Shown piece by piece: positions 62,093 through 64,000 of a stretch of DNA of 64,000 nucleotides; position 1 is the first letter of the stretch, and every line of letters begins with the position of its first letter. Source of the stretch: Somniosus microcephalus (lineage: Eukaryota); contig CM126216.1 of the NCBI GenBank assembly GCA_052327205.1, positions 59,706,001 to 59,770,000 of the forward strand, written 5' to 3'. The notes beneath the pieces were generated by a model. The model did not search any database and had not been told where the DNA came from. It saw only the letters and a program-made list of their open reading frames with translations. The translations under genes were made by a program, and so were the position numbers.

Positions 62093-62862
62093 GGCCCGTA
62101 TTTTCCGATCCCTACAGGTGCGTACACGCTGTGTACACACCCGTAGGGGCATCGGAAATGCCGGTATCAGGTATGCGAAGTGCATGCGCTGAAAACCGGC
62201 ATTTCCAATCTGTCAAGAATCCTCTTGACAGATCGGACGCCTGCCCTGGAGAAGGGCTTCTGCGGCGGGGGGGGGGGGAGTTCCACTTTCTGTAGAACCT
62301 CTGCCCGCTGAAAACACTTAAAAATCTTACGCCTGGTAAAAGCAGGTGTAAGGCCTGCTTTTACCAGCATAAGAGTTTAAAAAAGTTAAAAAAATAATTT
62401 TTTTCATTCATTTATAATTTAAAAATACTTTTAAAAAAGGTAAGTTTATTTTTAACTCTGTAAAAAATTTTAATTATTTTTTTCAAAAAATTAAATTTTT
62501 TTAAAAAATATTTAATTTAATGTAATTTTTAACTCATTTTAAAAACATGATGGTTTTTTAAAATTTATTTCATGGTTTCGTGTGTTTTTGGGGGTGAATT
62601 TCATTCATATATTTGACAGGTCTATCTGTCAAAAGTATGAAGGGGGATTCCCTTCTCCTATTGGCTGAACTGGCCCATGTGATCCCAGGAACGTTTGCGA
62701 ACCACCTGCGCCCCTGGGATACGTGGGCCCCGCGCATTTCGACTTTGGAGAGGCCCAGGAGCGGAAGTGTCCGGACCTCGGGAGCTCTCAGGTAAGAGCG
62801 TAGATTTTTTTCCAATTGGAGGCATCCGATCGCAGGAAGCCTCCTGTCGGAAATTACGGGCC
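62093..62862 (-). mobile_element. Non-autonomous TIR element (Harbinger-type MITE), copy 2
   Basis: TIRs GGCCCGTATTTTCCGA and TCGGAAATTACGGGCC (15/16 match). Inverted homologue of 37010-37771. Confidence 0.88.
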
Positions 62863-64000
62863 ATTGTATTACAAAGCAGCACAAAAACAGGCACTAAAGA
62901 TAATACAGTAAAGTTAGAGGAAGTTAGGCACAGGACTCCATGCCTTCCCCCCCCCCCCACCCACCCCGCCCCCACAGAGTGCGCCTGCTGTCCTGTTAAT
63001 GAGTAGAAATATATTAAAGTACTCGTTGTGCTAATCGTACGGAGCCCTGCTTCATTTTGCAGGGATAGGGTCAAGCACTGCTGTGATATGTGTTAATGAG
63101 ATTTGATTGGATCTCTATGTTGGCCTATAAATTCAGTTTTAAAAATTAGTAAAAGTCAACCACGTCAAATACTTTTTCTGTTAGTCCTCCCCACCGACAA
63201 AGTGCTCGTCATTTTTTCCAATTGCAGGTAACAGGAATCTTTCTCACATTGTTCCGTCCACCCCACCGGCCCCCGCCGCAACCCTGCCCCCCACCCGAGC
63301 TTGAGAGAATTAAATCCCAATGGCAAATTTGTAGTGAAAATTTGAACATTTGCAAGTTTTTTTCAAAAACAGCTGGCGCAGGCTGGGGAATAGAAGAGAA
63401 ACAAGAGTGAAGTTTGTTTAATTCCTTGATGTTGGGAATGTGTTGTATCCCGGAGCTACATTGTATTTATTAGTTGCTGGGATGAATGGGGTGAAATTCC
63501 CCCCCTTCTAAACTTTGCCACAAATACTTTCTCAGTGAAATCAGCCCCATTACAATAAAATGCTTTATTGTGCTTTTGGAAAGCGTCATGCACAGGAAAT
63601 CACAAATATAAATTCAGAATGCACAATTCAAGGTCTGTGGAGTATATATCACTTAGACAGTCGTGAGTCAGGCCAAAAATGGAATTTGCTGTCGGGAATA
63701 ACTCTTTTTTTTGGAGCTTGTAACTCTTGGAATAATTGGTAACTGAAATTGTGTATTGGAACATGAATTATATCAGACTGGTGTACAGTAGCTGTGATAC
63801 AGGCTTCTTTTTGTTGAAATCTCCAAAAAAGAAAGGCTCTGGTAAGCTTGTATTCAAGGCGTCAGCTTTTTAAACAAAATTAATATTTTACTAGTGGAGC
63901 TTTAAAATCATTAGTAAAACTTACTGACCTGTTAGCGAACTCCCACATTTAGTGTGACGACGCATAGTCCATTTGTGAGGCCATAAAATAATAAGACATT

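Overview
Vertebrate genomic DNA, most likely a shark or other elasmobranch. This is inferred from HE1-type V-SINEs, SacSINE1/Deu-domain SINEs, CR1 and L2 LINEs and Penelope-type terminal repeats. I could not identify any host protein-coding exon. The window appears to cover the upstream region, a broad CpG-retaining and nearly transposon-free promoter domain (about 13.6-28.7 kb) with a putative non-coding first exon ending at 22771, and the start of a long first intron of an unidentified + strand gene. The best-resolved element is a complete 4381-bp PIF/Harbinger DNA transposon (39658-44038). It has perfect 16-bp TIRs, an AAT target duplication, a transposase broken by a single TGG>TAG stop, and a convergent intact three-exon 536-aa Myb/SANT-like partner gene. 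Non-autonomous relatives share its terminal signature and an apparent AT[AWT]GT target preference. An older Harbinger relic is split by two tandem CR1 insertions. Three short Penelope-type inserts carry hammerhead-ribozyme cores. Also present are a 28-bp minisatellite, an RTE LINE relic and a perfect 20-bp hairpin. Family names come from recognising motifs by eye, not from database searches.
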